A stretch of DNA of 64,000 nucleotides from an uncultured Chloroflexia bacterium (GCA_963746845.1 CAVVCZ010000002.1:96001-160000), one strand, 5' to 3'. Positions 1 to 10,389 are shown, counted from the stretch's first letter. Numbers and translations: made by a program. The notes: generated from the sequence alone by a model not told the origin.

Positions 1-297
1 GACCCGATGCCGGCGCGCCGACACCGCGGTGTTCGCCACGATCCGGTTGAGCCAGCCGTCGAAGGCTGCCGAATCGCGCAGGCGGGGAAGCTGTCGCCAC
101 GCGGCGACGAGCGCGTCCTGGGTCGCGTCGGCCGCGTCGGCGTCGTTGGACAGGATCGACCAGGCAAGCCGGTAGCAGCGATCGATCCGGGTATCGACGA
201 GCATCGCGAATGCCGCTTCGTCGCCGGCGCGAGCGCGACGAACGAGCGCGTCATCAACCGACGTCGCTGCAATCGCCGCTGTCGTCACCGCATCCAC
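1..297 (-). CDS. ECF RNA polymerase sigma factor, 5' part (runs off window edge)
   Basis: Not in the ORF track. Manual translation from GTG 297: VDAVTT...LVRRARAGDEAAFAMLVDTRIDRCYRLAWSILSNDADAADATQDALVAAWRQLPRLRDSAAFDGWLNRIVAN, a sigma-70 region 2 pattern. Confidence 0.85.
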   Translation of the reverse strand, partial: MDAVTTAAIAATSVDDALVRRARAGDEAAFAMLVDTRIDRCYRLAWSILSNDADAADATQDALVAAWRQLPRLRDSAAFDGWLNRIVANTAVSARRHRV

Positions 298-631
298 GTC
301 ACCCTCGGATCATGACCGGCGCGCGTGTCGATCGCGTTGTCGCCGGTCGATCGCTGCTGTCAGGTGTCCAGACGCCACCGATCGCGTGACGGTTGGGTCG
401 TGACCGAGAACCGACTCCGCACGACCTCGTCATGCGGGCATCTGGGCCTGTAACCCGACCGATCCGTATGAACGTGCCAAGGCCAGCGCGCGATCCGTGT
501 GGACGGGCTGCACCGGACATCTGGTCCAATCGTCCGCTGGCACTTCCGTACTGGTTGAAGGCTGATGTACCCTCCGGGCCCGGCGGCGGGGACTGCTGTC
601 TGCGCCCGCCGCCATCGTCGGGGGCATCGCC

Positions 632-1468
632 GTGCGGACCATCGCCGTGGTCAATCGCAAGGGGGGAAGCGGCAAGACCACGACCGCGGTCAGTCTCGCC
701 GCCGTCCTCGCTGAGCGAGGCTTGCCGACGCTGCTGATCGACCTCGATCCGCAGGGCAGCGCGTCCGCGTGGCTCGCGGATGGGCGCGACGATCGGCGGG
801 ACCTCGCGGCATTCATCGCACCCCAGGACGCTTGGGCGATCGCCCGGCGGACGACGGTCACCGGCCTCGAGATCGTCCGCTCCTCGGCCGGACTGCTCGC
901 GGCCGAACAGACCCAGAAGGGCGAGTGCAGCCTTCGGGTCGTCCGAGGCATCCAGGGATTGAGCCCGGACTGGGGATTCGTGATCATCGATTGCCCGCCG
1001 TCCCTCTCGTACCTCTCCGTCGGAGCCCTCATGGCCGTCCAGGAGGTGATCATTCCCGTCGAAGCTCATGCGATGGCATTGCCCGGCGTCGCGGCGGTCA
1101 TCCGTGAGATGGGACGGATCCAGTCCACGTTCAATCCGGGCCTCAGGAGCCCCCTGATCGTCGCCTGTCGAGTGAACCGGACGCTCCATGCGAGAGCAGT
1201 CGTCAACGACCTGGAACGCACCTACGGGTGGCGTGTGGCCCGAACGGCCATCCGGGAAAGCATTCGACTCGCCGAGGCCGCGGCGGTCCGTCTTCCGATC
1301 ACTGCCTACGCCCCCGAGAGCGGTGCGTCCGTCGACTATCGGATGCTCGCCGACGAGCTGATCGCGCGCGCCGAGTTCTCGGAGCCGGTCCGCCGGCCGC
1401 AGTCGCGCTGGCGCCGGTTGTTCACGCGTTCGACGCACGTGGCCGCCGCAATCCATCGCACGGGCTGA
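632..1468 (+). CDS. ParA/Soj-family ATPase (orphan, no parB nearby)
   Basis: Deviant Walker A RKGGSGKTT, IDLDPQG, IIDCPPSL, IRESIRLAEA. Confidence 0.9.
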   Translation: MRTIAVVNRKGGSGKTTTAVSLAAVLAERGLPTLLIDLDPQGSASAWLADGRDDRRDLAAFIAPQDAWAIARRTTVTGLEIVRSSAGLLAAEQTQKGECSLRVVRGIQGLSPDWGFVIIDCPPSLSYLSVGALMAVQEVIIPVEAHAMALPGVAAVIREMGRIQSTFNPGLRSPLIVACRVNRTLHARAVVNDLERTYGWRVARTAIRESIRLAEAAAVRLPITAYAPESGASVDYRMLADELIARAEFSEPVRRPQSRWRRLFTRSTHVAAAIHRTG

Positions 1469-1472
1469 CGCG

Positions 1473-2258
1473 GTGACGCAGGACCAGGTCGTCCTCGTGA
1501 TCCTGGGCGCTCTCATCGTCCTGAACGTCAGTGTCGCGATCTGGGTCGCGCTCCGGGCTCGTCGCCGGCGACGGACCACGCCTGCGGCCGCCACCGAGGG
1601 CGGGCCCATCGCGGCCGCGGACGTCGAGGCCTTCGTCGCCGGTGTGCTGCCAGACCCGCCCGCTCCGGCTCGTCAGCCGGCGGACGCGAGTGCGGACGGG
1701 GACGGGGAGGAGGTCGTGGCTCCCGTGACCGGAAACCCGATCATGCGCGAGTCCGGTTCTGGCCCGACCCCTCCGGAATGGTCCGCCAGACTCGTGGACC
1801 CTGCGACGTGGTCCCAAACGATCCGTGAGGAATCGGCACGCCTCGCCCGGTTCGGGCATCCCGTGACGGTGGTCATGGCCGAAGTGCCGCACCTGGACGC
1901 GCTGGCCGACTGGTTCGGTCGCGACATGGCCGACCGTGTCGCCCGGGAGACGGCTCGCCTGCTCGTCGCGCAGGGTCGCAAGGCCGATCGGATCGCCCGG
2001 TTCCCTGGCGCGCGATTCGGGGTCCTGTTGGTCGAGACGGAGGAGAAGGCCGCCGGCGGCTACGTGAAGCGCGTCCGTGCAGCCGCCGATGGCTGGCTCG
2101 AGTCGGCGGGCCTCTCCACCCGGCTGTCGGTCGGTTGGGCGAGCCCAGCGGACGGAGCGGACGTCATGGCCGCAGCAGCGACTGCCGAACAACGGATGCG
2201 CGATGCCGATCGCGGCCCGGCGCTCGATGGCAACCCGGACGGGGTGGGCTGGCCGTAG
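1473..2258 (+). CDS. Membrane-anchored degenerate GGDEF-domain protein
   Basis: N-terminal TM and Pro/Ala linker. GGDEF-like fold (EESARLARFGHPVTVVM...GRKADRIARFPGARFGVLL...LSVGWA...AEQRM) with the signature replaced by PGARF. Confidence 0.75.
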   Translation: MTQDQVVLVILGALIVLNVSVAIWVALRARRRRRTTPAAATEGGPIAAADVEAFVAGVLPDPPAPARQPADASADGDGEEVVAPVTGNPIMRESGSGPTPPEWSARLVDPATWSQTIREESARLARFGHPVTVVMAEVPHLDALADWFGRDMADRVARETARLLVAQGRKADRIARFPGARFGVLLVETEEKAAGGYVKRVRAAADGWLESAGLSTRLSVGWASPADGADVMAAAATAEQRMRDADRGPALDGNPDGVGWP

Positions 2259-2432
2259 ACGCGGAGCCATGCTCGGACTCCTGCCTGACCGGGATCCGAC
2301 GCGACGCGGTGGAGCTGGGCGACCGTCGGCCCCTGCCGACGGGTCGGATGGCCCTTCCGTCGACGCTTGGTCAGGTCCGACGATCGGGACCCGCGAGGCG
2401 CTCGCTGCCGCGCGGACCTGGAGGCTTCGGCC

Positions 2433-2903
2433 ATGGTCACCAACTCGATCGCCCATCAGCATGCCATCGATGCCATCCCGAGGCCCGAGCTGCGCGGGTT
2501 CGGCCTGATCACGATCGCCCTGCTCGTCCTGCTCGGGTTCGGGGCCCTCGCCGGGGGGATTGCCCTGGTGATGCGACCGGACGGCAGCGTCATGGGGTTC
2601 AATGTGACGCTTCTCGCGGGCAGCCCGTTCGCCGACTTCACCGGTCCGGGTCTGATCCTCGGCGGCCTGTTCGGCATCGGCGCGTTCGCCGTCGCAGCGA
2701 TGGGGATCGTCCGCCTCCGCGTGGCGCCCTTCCTCGCGTTCGCGATCGGCTGCGGTCAGATGATCTGGATCGTCGTCGAGCTCGCGATCATCCGCGAGCT
2801 GAGCTTCCTGCACCCGACGTTCTTCGGCATCGGACTGCTGATCGCGGCGACCGCGGTGCCGTGGGGCTGGCCGACCCTCCGCGCCTGGCGCGCCACTCGC
2901 TAG
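2433..2903 (+). CDS. Hypothetical 4-TM membrane protein
   Basis: GGAGG RBS before ATG 2433; hydrophobic helices; LLAGSPFADF..PGLIL segment. Confidence 0.7.
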   Translation: MVTNSIAHQHAIDAIPRPELRGFGLITIALLVLLGFGALAGGIALVMRPDGSVMGFNVTLLAGSPFADFTGPGLILGGLFGIGAFAVAAMGIVRLRVAPFLAFAIGCGQMIWIVVELAIIRELSFLHPTFFGIGLLIAATAVPWGWPTLRAWRATR

Positions 2904-2934
2904 CGACGGCCGACGACCGACCGTCGCCACCTGC

Positions 2935-4083
2935 TCACAGCCAGCCGCGGGCCCTGAAGATCAACCACAGCGTGACGCTCGTCAGCAGCATCAGGCCCAG
3001 GGCGTAGAGATAGCCGTACTGCCAGTCGAGCTCGGGCATGTTGGCGAAGTTCATGCCGTAGACCGTCCCGACGAGCGTTGGTGCGAACAGGATCGCCGCC
3101 CACGCCGAGACCCGCTTGACCTCCTCGTTCTGGTCGAAGCTGGCCTCGGTCAGCCGCTTGATTTCCTCGTTCTGGGCCTGGTTCACGAGGGTTGCATTGA
3201 CGGTCAGGATGTCGCTGAGCGACTGGCGGAAGGCGGCGACCCGCTCGGTGACCGTCGTGGCATGGTCGCCGACGTCACGCAGGTAGCGCTGGAGCTCCTC
3301 GTCCGTCCCGTACTTGTCGAAGCCGGCGGCAAGCGCGTCCAGCATCGGCTGGAGGGACCGCGTCGCCCGCTGGAACTCGATCACCTCCTGCGACAGCTCG
3401 TAGATCCGTCGTGACACCTTCGGGTCGCCCTGGAACACCTGGCCTTCGATCTCGTCGATGTCCTTCTGCAGTCCGGCGACGACCGGCGCGTAGCCGTCGA
3501 CGACACTATCGAAGATCGCGTACAGCACGGCCTCGGGGCCACGGGCGAGGAGCTCCGGGTCGTCCTCCATCCGGTGGCGGACGACGCCGAGGTCCGGCGT
3601 CCGGCTGTGGCGGACCGTCAGGACGAAGTTCGACCCGACGAAGACGTGGATCTCGCCGAACTCGACCTCCTCGACGTCGTCGAGATAGGTGGCCGCCCGG
3701 AGCACGACGAACAGCGTGTCGCCATATCGTTCGAGCTTGGGTCGCTGGTGAGCGACGATGGCGTCCTCGACGGCAAGCTCGTGCAGCCCGAACTCCTCGG
3801 CGACAGGGAGCAGCTGTGCCTCCGCCGGCCGGAACAGCCCGATCCAGCCCATCGTCCCGGGTTGGTCGCGCAGTCGCCGCGCGGTTTCGGCAACGGTCGT
3901 CGGCGTGTCGATGCGGCGGCCGTCGCGGTAGATGGCGGTGTCGACGAGGCTCTGCTCGACCGGCGCCGCGACATCCTCCGGGCGGGCCTCCATGGCCACC
4001 TCGGGGGCCGCCTCATGCGTTCGATGGTCGTGGGCGCGCGGGCGTCGCGTTGGGAGCTGGAAGCGCGGGCGTCGCTCCGTCAT
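2935..4083 (-). CDS. corA: CorA Mg2+/Co2+ transporter
   Basis: HQRPKLERY, YGMNF signature, MPELDW, two C-terminal TMs; GGAGGG RBS before ATG 4083. Confidence 0.93.
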   Translation of the reverse strand: MTERRPRFQLPTRRPRAHDHRTHEAAPEVAMEARPEDVAAPVEQSLVDTAIYRDGRRIDTPTTVAETARRLRDQPGTMGWIGLFRPAEAQLLPVAEEFGLHELAVEDAIVAHQRPKLERYGDTLFVVLRAATYLDDVEEVEFGEIHVFVGSNFVLTVRHSRTPDLGVVRHRMEDDPELLARGPEAVLYAIFDSVVDGYAPVVAGLQKDIDEIEGQVFQGDPKVSRRIYELSQEVIEFQRATRSLQPMLDALAAGFDKYGTDEELQRYLRDVGDHATTVTERVAAFRQSLSDILTVNATLVNQAQNEEIKRLTEASFDQNEEVKRVSAWAAILFAPTLVGTVYGMNFANMPELDWQYGYLYALGLMLLTSVTLWLIFRARGWL

Positions 4084-4276
4084 GTGACACTCCCTCCCGA
4101 GGTCCCCATGGACCTGTCTTCTCTTCCTTGCAAGCCCCGTGGTGGACCCGTTGGCGAGGGAAGAGACCCTACCATCGGTCTGACCGCTTCGAACCCGGTC
4201 GACGCGGAGCAGCCGGCGCCTGCGAACGGGCGGCCCAGCTCCTGGCCAGAGGAGGCCTGGACACCTTCGGTAGTGG

Positions 4277-4326
4277 TTGACGCAACCCAACGGTTGCTAT
4301 ATTGTCAGTAGCAACCGAATGGTTGC
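4277..4326 (+). promoter_or_regulatory. sigma70 promoter with two GCAACC-N4-GGTTGC palindromes (probable ArsR operator)
   Basis: TTGACG 4277-4282, 17 bp, TATTGT 4300-4305; palindromes at 4282-4297 and 4311-4326. Confidence 0.75.
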
Positions 4327-4346
4327 GATGCACCCCGGAGGCTGTC

Positions 4347-4784
4347 ATGGGTTTTCCAGATCGAATCGAGCGGACCGTCGAGATCGCGCATCCGCCGGCC
4401 ATTGTGTGGGCGGCGTTGACCACGGCCGAGGGCCTCGGCACCTGGTTCGGCGACGCGGCGACGGTCGATCTGCGGCCCGGCGGCGCGGCCGAGATGACCT
4501 GGACAAGCGGCGACACGGCGTCGCTGCGCATCGAACGCGTCGAAGAGCCGAGGGTCTTCGGGTTCACCTGGGGCATCTACGGCCTGCCCGACGACGATCC
4601 GCGCCACACCTACGTCGAGTTCACGCTCGAGCCGACCAGCGCGGGCACTCGCTTGACCGTCATCGAATCGGGCTTCGCGCAACTGCCGGACGACAGCTAT
4701 CGCACGGCGTTCGAAGCCAACACCGACGGCTGGGCCAGTGAGCTGGGCGAGCTGGTCGAGTACCTCGATGCCGTCGCGGCCTGA
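4347..4784 (+). CDS. SRPBCC/AHSA1 domain protein
   Basis: IERTVEIAHPPAIVWAALT, DLRPGG, GTRLTVIESGF, GW..ELGEL. Confidence 0.88.
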   Translation: MGFPDRIERTVEIAHPPAIVWAALTTAEGLGTWFGDAATVDLRPGGAAEMTWTSGDTASLRIERVEEPRVFGFTWGIYGLPDDDPRHTYVEFTLEPTSAGTRLTVIESGFAQLPDDSYRTAFEANTDGWASELGELVEYLDAVAA

Positions 4785-5151
4785 CATCGAGGCCGTTGCC
4801 GAGGAGGTCTTCACCGCCCTGGCCGACCCGAGCCGGCGGGCGATCCTGGCCGCACTCGCGGCCGGCGGGCCCGCCACAGCCACGGATCTGGCCGCTCGCC
4901 TGCCCATCACCCGTCAGGCCATCGCCAAGCACCTGGCACTGCTGGCCGAGGCGGGGCTGGTGGCTGCCGAACCGGGAGAGCGGCGCCGGGTGCGCTACCG
5001 GCTTCGCTCCGCTCCGATGCAGGTGGCGCAACAGTTCCTGGCCGCCCTGGCCCGGGATTGGGACCAGCAGCTGGAAGCGCTCCAGGACCACCTCGACGCC
5101 GTCGTGACCGTTCAGCCCACGCGAAGGAACAAGGGAAAGAAGCAGTCATGA
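4768..5151 (+). CDS. ArsR/SmtB-family transcriptional regulator
   Basis: VFTALADPSRRAIL...ITRQAIAKHLALLAEAGLV. Confidence 0.9.
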   Translation: MPSRPDIEAVAEEVFTALADPSRRAILAALAAGGPATATDLAARLPITRQAIAKHLALLAEAGLVAAEPGERRRVRYRLRSAPMQVAQQFLAALARDWDQQLEALQDHLDAVVTVQPTRRNKGKKQS

Positions 5152-5954
5152 ACAACGACGCCTCAACTGCCTGGATCCGCCCCCCGGAGTGGCTTCCAGA
5201 TCGACAATCCGTGGCTGGTCACCGGTACGGAACGCGAGAAGAGTGGGCGGCCGCGCGCGAGGACTTGCTTGCCCGCGAGAAGGAGCACACGAGACTGGGC
5301 GACGAGTTGGCGCGCCAGCGACGCGCGCTACCGTGGGTCCGCGTCGAGAAGGACTACTGCCTCGACACCGACGACGGCCCGCGGGGGCTTGCAGAGCTCT
5401 TCGATGGCCGCAGTCAGCTCCTCATCTACCACTTCATGTTCGGCCCGAGCTACCAGGACGGCTGCCCGATCAACTCGTCGATCGCCGACAGTGTCAATGG
5501 CCTCATCCCGCACCTGAACGGGCGCGACGTGACGATGCTCCTCGTTTCGGGGGCTCCGCTCGAGCAGCTGCAGGCGTACAAGCGGCGCATGGGCTGGAGC
5601 GTCCCCTGGGCGTCATCGGCCAATAGCGAGTTCAACCTCGACCTCGGCTACTCGATCAGCGAGGAACAGGCCAGCGCATGGGTTGCGAACAACCTCGGGT
5701 CCCTGCCGCCGATCGTCGACCGCAATGCCGGCGCGAGCGGCACCGACGTCGCCGGGTACCTGACGGAGAGCCCGGGGTTCAGCGCCTTCGCCCTGGAAGA
5801 CGGGGTCGTCTATCAGACCTATCAGACCTGGTGGCGTGGGCTCGAGTTCCTGATGGGCTACTACCCGATCCTCGACCGGGCGCCGAAGGGCCGTGACGAG
5901 GACGCCGGGTGGCAGCTCTGGATCCGCCGCCACGACGAATACGACAGCCAGTGA
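5148..5954 (+). CDS. DUF899 thioredoxin-like protein
   Basis: LLAREKEHTR..DELARQRRALPWV, LFDGRSQLLIYHFMFGP, LDRAPKGRDE; ATGA overlap with arsR. Confidence 0.9.
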   Translation: MNNDASTAWIRPPEWLPDRQSVAGHRYGTREEWAAAREDLLAREKEHTRLGDELARQRRALPWVRVEKDYCLDTDDGPRGLAELFDGRSQLLIYHFMFGPSYQDGCPINSSIADSVNGLIPHLNGRDVTMLLVSGAPLEQLQAYKRRMGWSVPWASSANSEFNLDLGYSISEEQASAWVANNLGSLPPIVDRNAGASGTDVAGYLTESPGFSAFALEDGVVYQTYQTWWRGLEFLMGYYPILDRAPKGRDEDAGWQLWIRRHDEYDSQ

Positions 5955-6095
5955 AACCACGAAGGAGACGCCACGGAAAGGAGGATCGTCTCGGTGTGCG
6001 CCGAGAACCGAGCGTGGAGCCCGATGAAACGCACCAGATTCACGAGCTGCTCGACCGCTGAGTGATGTCGGCGCCGCTCAAGAAGAGCCGATGGG

Positions 6096-6890
6096 TCAGG
6101 GCTTGATTCGGATCGAGTCCACGATCGCCTTGAGCTCCGAGCGGTGTTTCGCCGACGTGCCCGGGTAGTCCGTGCTCTGGACCACGAAGCGGAGGCCATC
6201 CACGTCGAGGATCCAGAGATGCCACTGGTGGCTCGGCCCCTGGGCGAAGATGCCGGGGTCCCAGGGACGGTAGACCTCGCACTTGGAGAGATCGGCCGGC
6301 ACCTGCAGGTCGATGTACTTGCCGGCGTATCCGGCCAGGGTGACGTCGACAGGATCCGATGCATCCAGCAGTGGATGACCCGCGATGGCGTTGGCCAAGT
6401 CGTCGACGCTCGGCCCGACCTCGATGTCCGGCGGGATCGCGTGCTCGGCCTTCGTGCACGGATCACTCAGCAGCCAGGCGCCCCTGCCGACGAGCAGACC
6501 GGCCCCGTCGGGCGCCCCATTCCCCTTCTCGGCCAACCAGATCGTGCCCGCGATCCCCTCCCAGCCGTCGGGCACGGTGAGGGTCACGCGGGCGGCGTCA
6601 TGCGCGGGCGATTGGCTGCACCCTGGCTGGTGTTCGCTGCAGCCCGTGTCCCACTGCGGAATCCTGTAGGTGCCGGCCGGGAGCGGGCCATCGGGGATCG
6701 AGGCCACTCCGGGGCTGGCTGCCGGGCTGGGTGGGCTTGTCGGGGTCGACGCGGGGACGGACGCCATGCTCGGCACAGCCAGGGTCGGCGAAGCGGACCC
6801 GCTCCCAGGCGGTTGCCCGGTCGTACAGCCGGCGATGACAAGCAGAGCGACCACGACGACGGGTGCGAACCTGCGGTTCACATCGATCAA
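6096..6890 (-). CDS. Lipoprotein of unknown function, last gene of the ECF-Kelch operon
   Basis: Lipobox IAGC, Pro/Ser linker, globular C-terminal domain; TTGA overlap with the upstream gene. Confidence 0.75.
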   Translation of the reverse strand: MIDVNRRFAPVVVVALLVIAGCTTGQPPGSGSASPTLAVPSMASVPASTPTSPPSPAASPGVASIPDGPLPAGTYRIPQWDTGCSEHQPGCSQSPAHDAARVTLTVPDGWEGIAGTIWLAEKGNGAPDGAGLLVGRGAWLLSDPCTKAEHAIPPDIEVGPSVDDLANAIAGHPLLDASDPVDVTLAGYAGKYIDLQVPADLSKCEVYRPWDPGIFAQGPSHQWHLWILDVDGLRFVVQSTDYPGTSAKHRSELKAIVDSIRIKP

Positions 6891-9675
6891 CTCTCGCCCA
6901 TCCAGCCGGACAGCCCTTCCTCATTGATGTGGATCGAGCCCGAGGGCGGAAAGACGGTCCACCCGATCACCCCTCCGGTGTCGGTGCCTGGTCGCGGGTT
7001 CACGAAGATCGACCATCCACCCGCGTCCGTCGCGGGCACGTGAAAGGTCACATCCACGGTGGTGCCGGGTAGCACGACACTCGGGGTCGCGGACCCGACG
7101 ACCTTTCCCATGAGGCCCTGATCGCTTTCCTCGGCGACGACCAACGTCGCGGGTCGAGAACTGCTGTTGCTGACCCGGATCTTCCAGGGCCGTCCGCCAG
7201 GCCCCGCCGAGGTAGGACCGGAGTCGGGCTCGGAGTCGCGGTCGGGATCGGGGTCTGGGTCGGGATCGGGAGGGCTGCCACGGCGGGTGGCGGCGACACG
7301 CCGCGAGGCACATACAGCTCCGCCATGCCCGACGCAACACACGCCCCGTTCAGGCAGTCCCGGCCGCCTGCCACGAAGACGGTCCCATCGAGCAGCAGCG
7401 TTGGACGAGAGTCGTGCCCCCGGAGCGGGTACCCGGTTGTGGTCCAGGACCCGGTGTCCGGGTCGTACAGCTCGGCACCGTAGTCATCCGCCACCAGCAC
7501 CATGCCATCGGACAACAGCGTGGCCGAACCGTAGTACGCGCTCGGTCTGGCGAAGCCCTCAGTGGGGGTCCAGGTCCCGCTCGCCGGGTCGTACACCTCG
7601 GCCGTCATCACATACCCGGACTCGGTCACCCAGTCGTTGCCCATCACGAGCACCTTGCCGTCGCGTAGCAGCGTGGCTCTGGCCCCTGCCTTGGGACTGT
7701 GCATGCTCCCCGTCGCGGCCCACGTCCCCGTGTCCGGATCGTAGAGCTCGGCCGTGTCGAATCGTTGATTGTCGGTGCCGCCACCCGCGACGAGGACACG
7801 GCCATCGGACAGCAGGACGGCCGCGCCGCCGCGGCGCCGCAGGAAGCCCTTCGGCGGAGCGATCATGCTCCCGGTGGCGGCCCAGGTCCCGCTGTCGGGG
7901 TCGTACAGCTGGGCGCCCTCGCGACCCGCCACCAGCACCCTCCCGTCGAGCAGTCGCGTCGCCGAGAGCCAGCAATCATCCCTGATTGCCACCTTTCCGG
8001 TGGCGGACCATGTCCCAGTGGCCGGGTCGTACACCTCTGCGCCAAGGGTCAGGCTGTCGGCGTCAGGGTCGTCGACGACCCCCACGAGCACCTTGCCGTC
8101 GCGCAGCAACGTGGCCGCGAAGCATCGCGGGGGCTTGGCCATGCTCCCGGTGGCGGCCCAGGTCCCGGTGTCCGGGTCGTACAACTCCGCGGAGGTGTCG
8201 TTCTCGTCGCCGTTGCCGCCGCCCACCACGAGCACCCGGCCATCAAGCAGCCGAACCGACATGTGGCCGGAGCGAGGCGTACCCATCGTCCCGGTGGCGA
8301 TCCAGGCGCCGGTCGCAGGGGTAGCCGCCAACGCAGGTGGTGGCGAGGCGCCGGCCGGGATGTACAACTCGGCTGAGCCCCCGCTTCCCGCCACGAGGAC
8401 CGTGCCATCGAGCAACAACGTGGCGGAGCCCTCGGTGGGCATGACCATCTTCTCGGTGAACGTCCAGGTCCCGCGGTCGGGGTCGTAGATCTCGGCGCCA
8501 CTGGCATCCCCGACGAGCACCTTGCCGTCGTCCAGCACAGTGGCCGGGAAGCGAGTGTGTGTGTTGAGCATGCTTCCGGTGGCGGACCAGGTCCCCGTGG
8601 CCGGGTCGTACACCTCCGCGGACGTGTCGTCTTGATCGTCGTTGGCGCCGCCCACCACGAGCACCCGGCCATCGAGCAGCGGCACCGCGAGGTGTTCCAC
8701 GCGAGGCGTCCCCATCGTTCCGGTGGCGACCCACGTGCCCGTGCCCGGATCGTAGAGAGCCGCCCGGTCCCCGTCCCGAGTCGTGTCCTCGCCGCCTGCC
8801 ACGAGCACCTTGCCATCGAGCAGCGTGATCGGCGTCGGGATGTCCACGGGCGGTGTCAGCTGCCCCGTGGCGGTCCAGGTCCCGCTGTCGGGGTCGTAGA
8901 CCTCGGACCTGCCGCCGTCGTGGACGACGAGCACCCTGCCGTCGCGCAGCAACGTGGCCTTGCCCCAGTGACTCGATCCGTCTTCGTCGATCACGGCCAT
9001 CTTTCCGGTGACGGTCCAGGCCCCGGCGTCCGGGTCGTACACCTCGGCGCCCTTCTCATCCCCCACGAGCACCTTGCCGTCGCGCAGCAACGTGGCCCCG
9101 AACGGGCCGCCTCCCGGGTGCCTGACCAGGCTTCCCGTCGCGGACCAGGTCCCGGTGTTCGGGTCGTACAACTCGGCGGAGGTGGCGCCCTTCTCGTCGT
9201 CGGCGCCGCCCACGACGAGCACCCGGCCATCTAGCAGTCGGACCGCGGTGTGGCCGGAGCGAGGCGTTCCCATCGCCCCGGTGGCGATCCAGACCCCTCC
9301 CGGAGCCGCGACCGTGGACGAGGTCGGCGCCGTCGCGCTGGGCGACGAACTTGGCGGCACGACGGCAGGTAGGCTGGGGCTGGGATGCACGCTCGGTGCC
9401 GGGCTCGGACCCCCGATCACCGCGAACACACCACCGAGTGCGACCGCCGCGACGATCGCCGCCGCGGCCAGTGTGGTTCTGAAGATGCGCCGCTGACGGC
9501 CGCGATGAATGTCGTCCAGGAGCCGACGCCGAGCCGGCCCGGTGACGGCTCTCTTGGGATGGCCGACCGCCACGGCTCGCGCAATGGCCGCAGAGTCCAC
9601 CGACTGCACGCCGCTCGTGGCGAACACCCGGACGCGCTCTCCGAACCGGTCCTCGAACGCGGTCATCTCATCCAT
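6887..9675 (-). CDS. Single-pass membrane Kelch-repeat protein, putative anti-sigma/sensor (frameshift near 7200)
   Basis: Short cytoplasmic N-terminus, TM, many LLDGRVLVxGG..AELYDPxTGTW repeats. C-terminal domain continues in the 6887..7342 frame (RPWKIRVSN...GWMGES). Confidence 0.85.
8160..9292. repeat. Three near-identical intragenic Kelch blade copies (about 8160-8305, 8580-8735, 9140-9292)
   Basis: Shared DNA such as cacgagcacccggccatc...gcgaggcgt.cccatcg..ccggtggcga.cca, encoding ATGxMGTPRxxHxxVxLLDGRVLVVGG. Confidence 0.75.
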
Positions 9676-10222
9676 CGCCAAGCTCCGATCGAAGACGGCC
9701 AAGCAATCGGGCCAGTCGAGCCCGGGTGCCGGAGGGGCTCATGTGCAGAGCGCGTGCCAGCTCTGTGGAATCGAATCCGGCGACATAACGCAGCGCAATC
9801 AGGGCGCGGTCCTCGGGACTCATTCCGGCGAGGGCATTGCGGAGGTCGATGTCGCCGACGCGGGAGCCGGGATCCGAGGGGGTTGTCGCTGATGGATCGC
9901 GGGCGACCGAGATCTCGAGCACCCGACCCCGCCGCCGGCGACGCGCCAGCTGTCGGGCTTCGTTGACGGCGATCGAGATGAGCCAGGGCCGAAGACGCTC
10001 GGGATCACGGATCGTGTCCAGCTTTCGCCAGGCGATCGGCCAGGCGGACTGGACCGCCTCCTCGGTGAGCTCGGCATCGCCGCCCGTGACCACGAAGCAG
10101 ACGCTGCTCATGTCCGCGTGATGCGCGTCAACGAGCCCAGCGAAGGCGAGCTCGTCGCCGTCCGCGGCGAGGCGCATCAGCCCGGCCAAGGTCTCGGTCG
10201 CGCTTCCGGTCATGGTCACCAT
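9668..10222 (-). CDS. ECF sigma factor
   Basis: GDELAFAGLVDAHHADMSSVCFVV..VQSAW..RDPERLRPWL; region 4 LRYVAGFDSTELA..GTRARLAR. Confidence 0.92.
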   Translation of the reverse strand: MVTMTGSATETLAGLMRLAADGDELAFAGLVDAHHADMSSVCFVVTGGDAELTEEAVQSAWPIAWRKLDTIRDPERLRPWLISIAVNEARQLARRRRRGRVLEISVARDPSATTPSDPGSRVGDIDLRNALAGMSPEDRALIALRYVAGFDSTELARALHMSPSGTRARLARLLGRLRSELGDG

Positions 10223-10229
10223 CGCCCGA

Positions 10230-10258
10230 TAGATGCACGAGACCGCCGGGGTGATTCA
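10230..10258 (-). promoter_or_regulatory. Putative ECF autoregulatory leaderless promoter TGAATC-N17-CATCTA
   Basis: CATCTA lies 7 nt before ATG 10222; the same -10 precedes the paralogous ECF at 24835. Confidence 0.5.
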
Positions 10259-10389
10259 TGCGTTGCCATGCCGGGGCGATCGTGCGCGGCCGGGACCACG
10301 GTGTCGATTCCTGCCCTCTTGCGCTCCGTCCGCATATGCGTATACTGCTACGTATAGTTACTCCGCTCGATGAGAGTTACGATGCTGAC

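Noticed and set aside
632-1468. ParA as evidence of a plasmid or origin
   Set aside because: No parB, parS, rep or dnaA in the window
7219-7270. Short 6-bp-period repeats as VNTR or CRISPR
   Set aside because: They encode a Pro/Thr linker; no repeat-spacer structure or cas genes
7340-9300. Kelch repeats as DGR template/variable regions
   Set aside because: No reverse transcriptase, all copies are coding, and differences are not obviously adenine-specific
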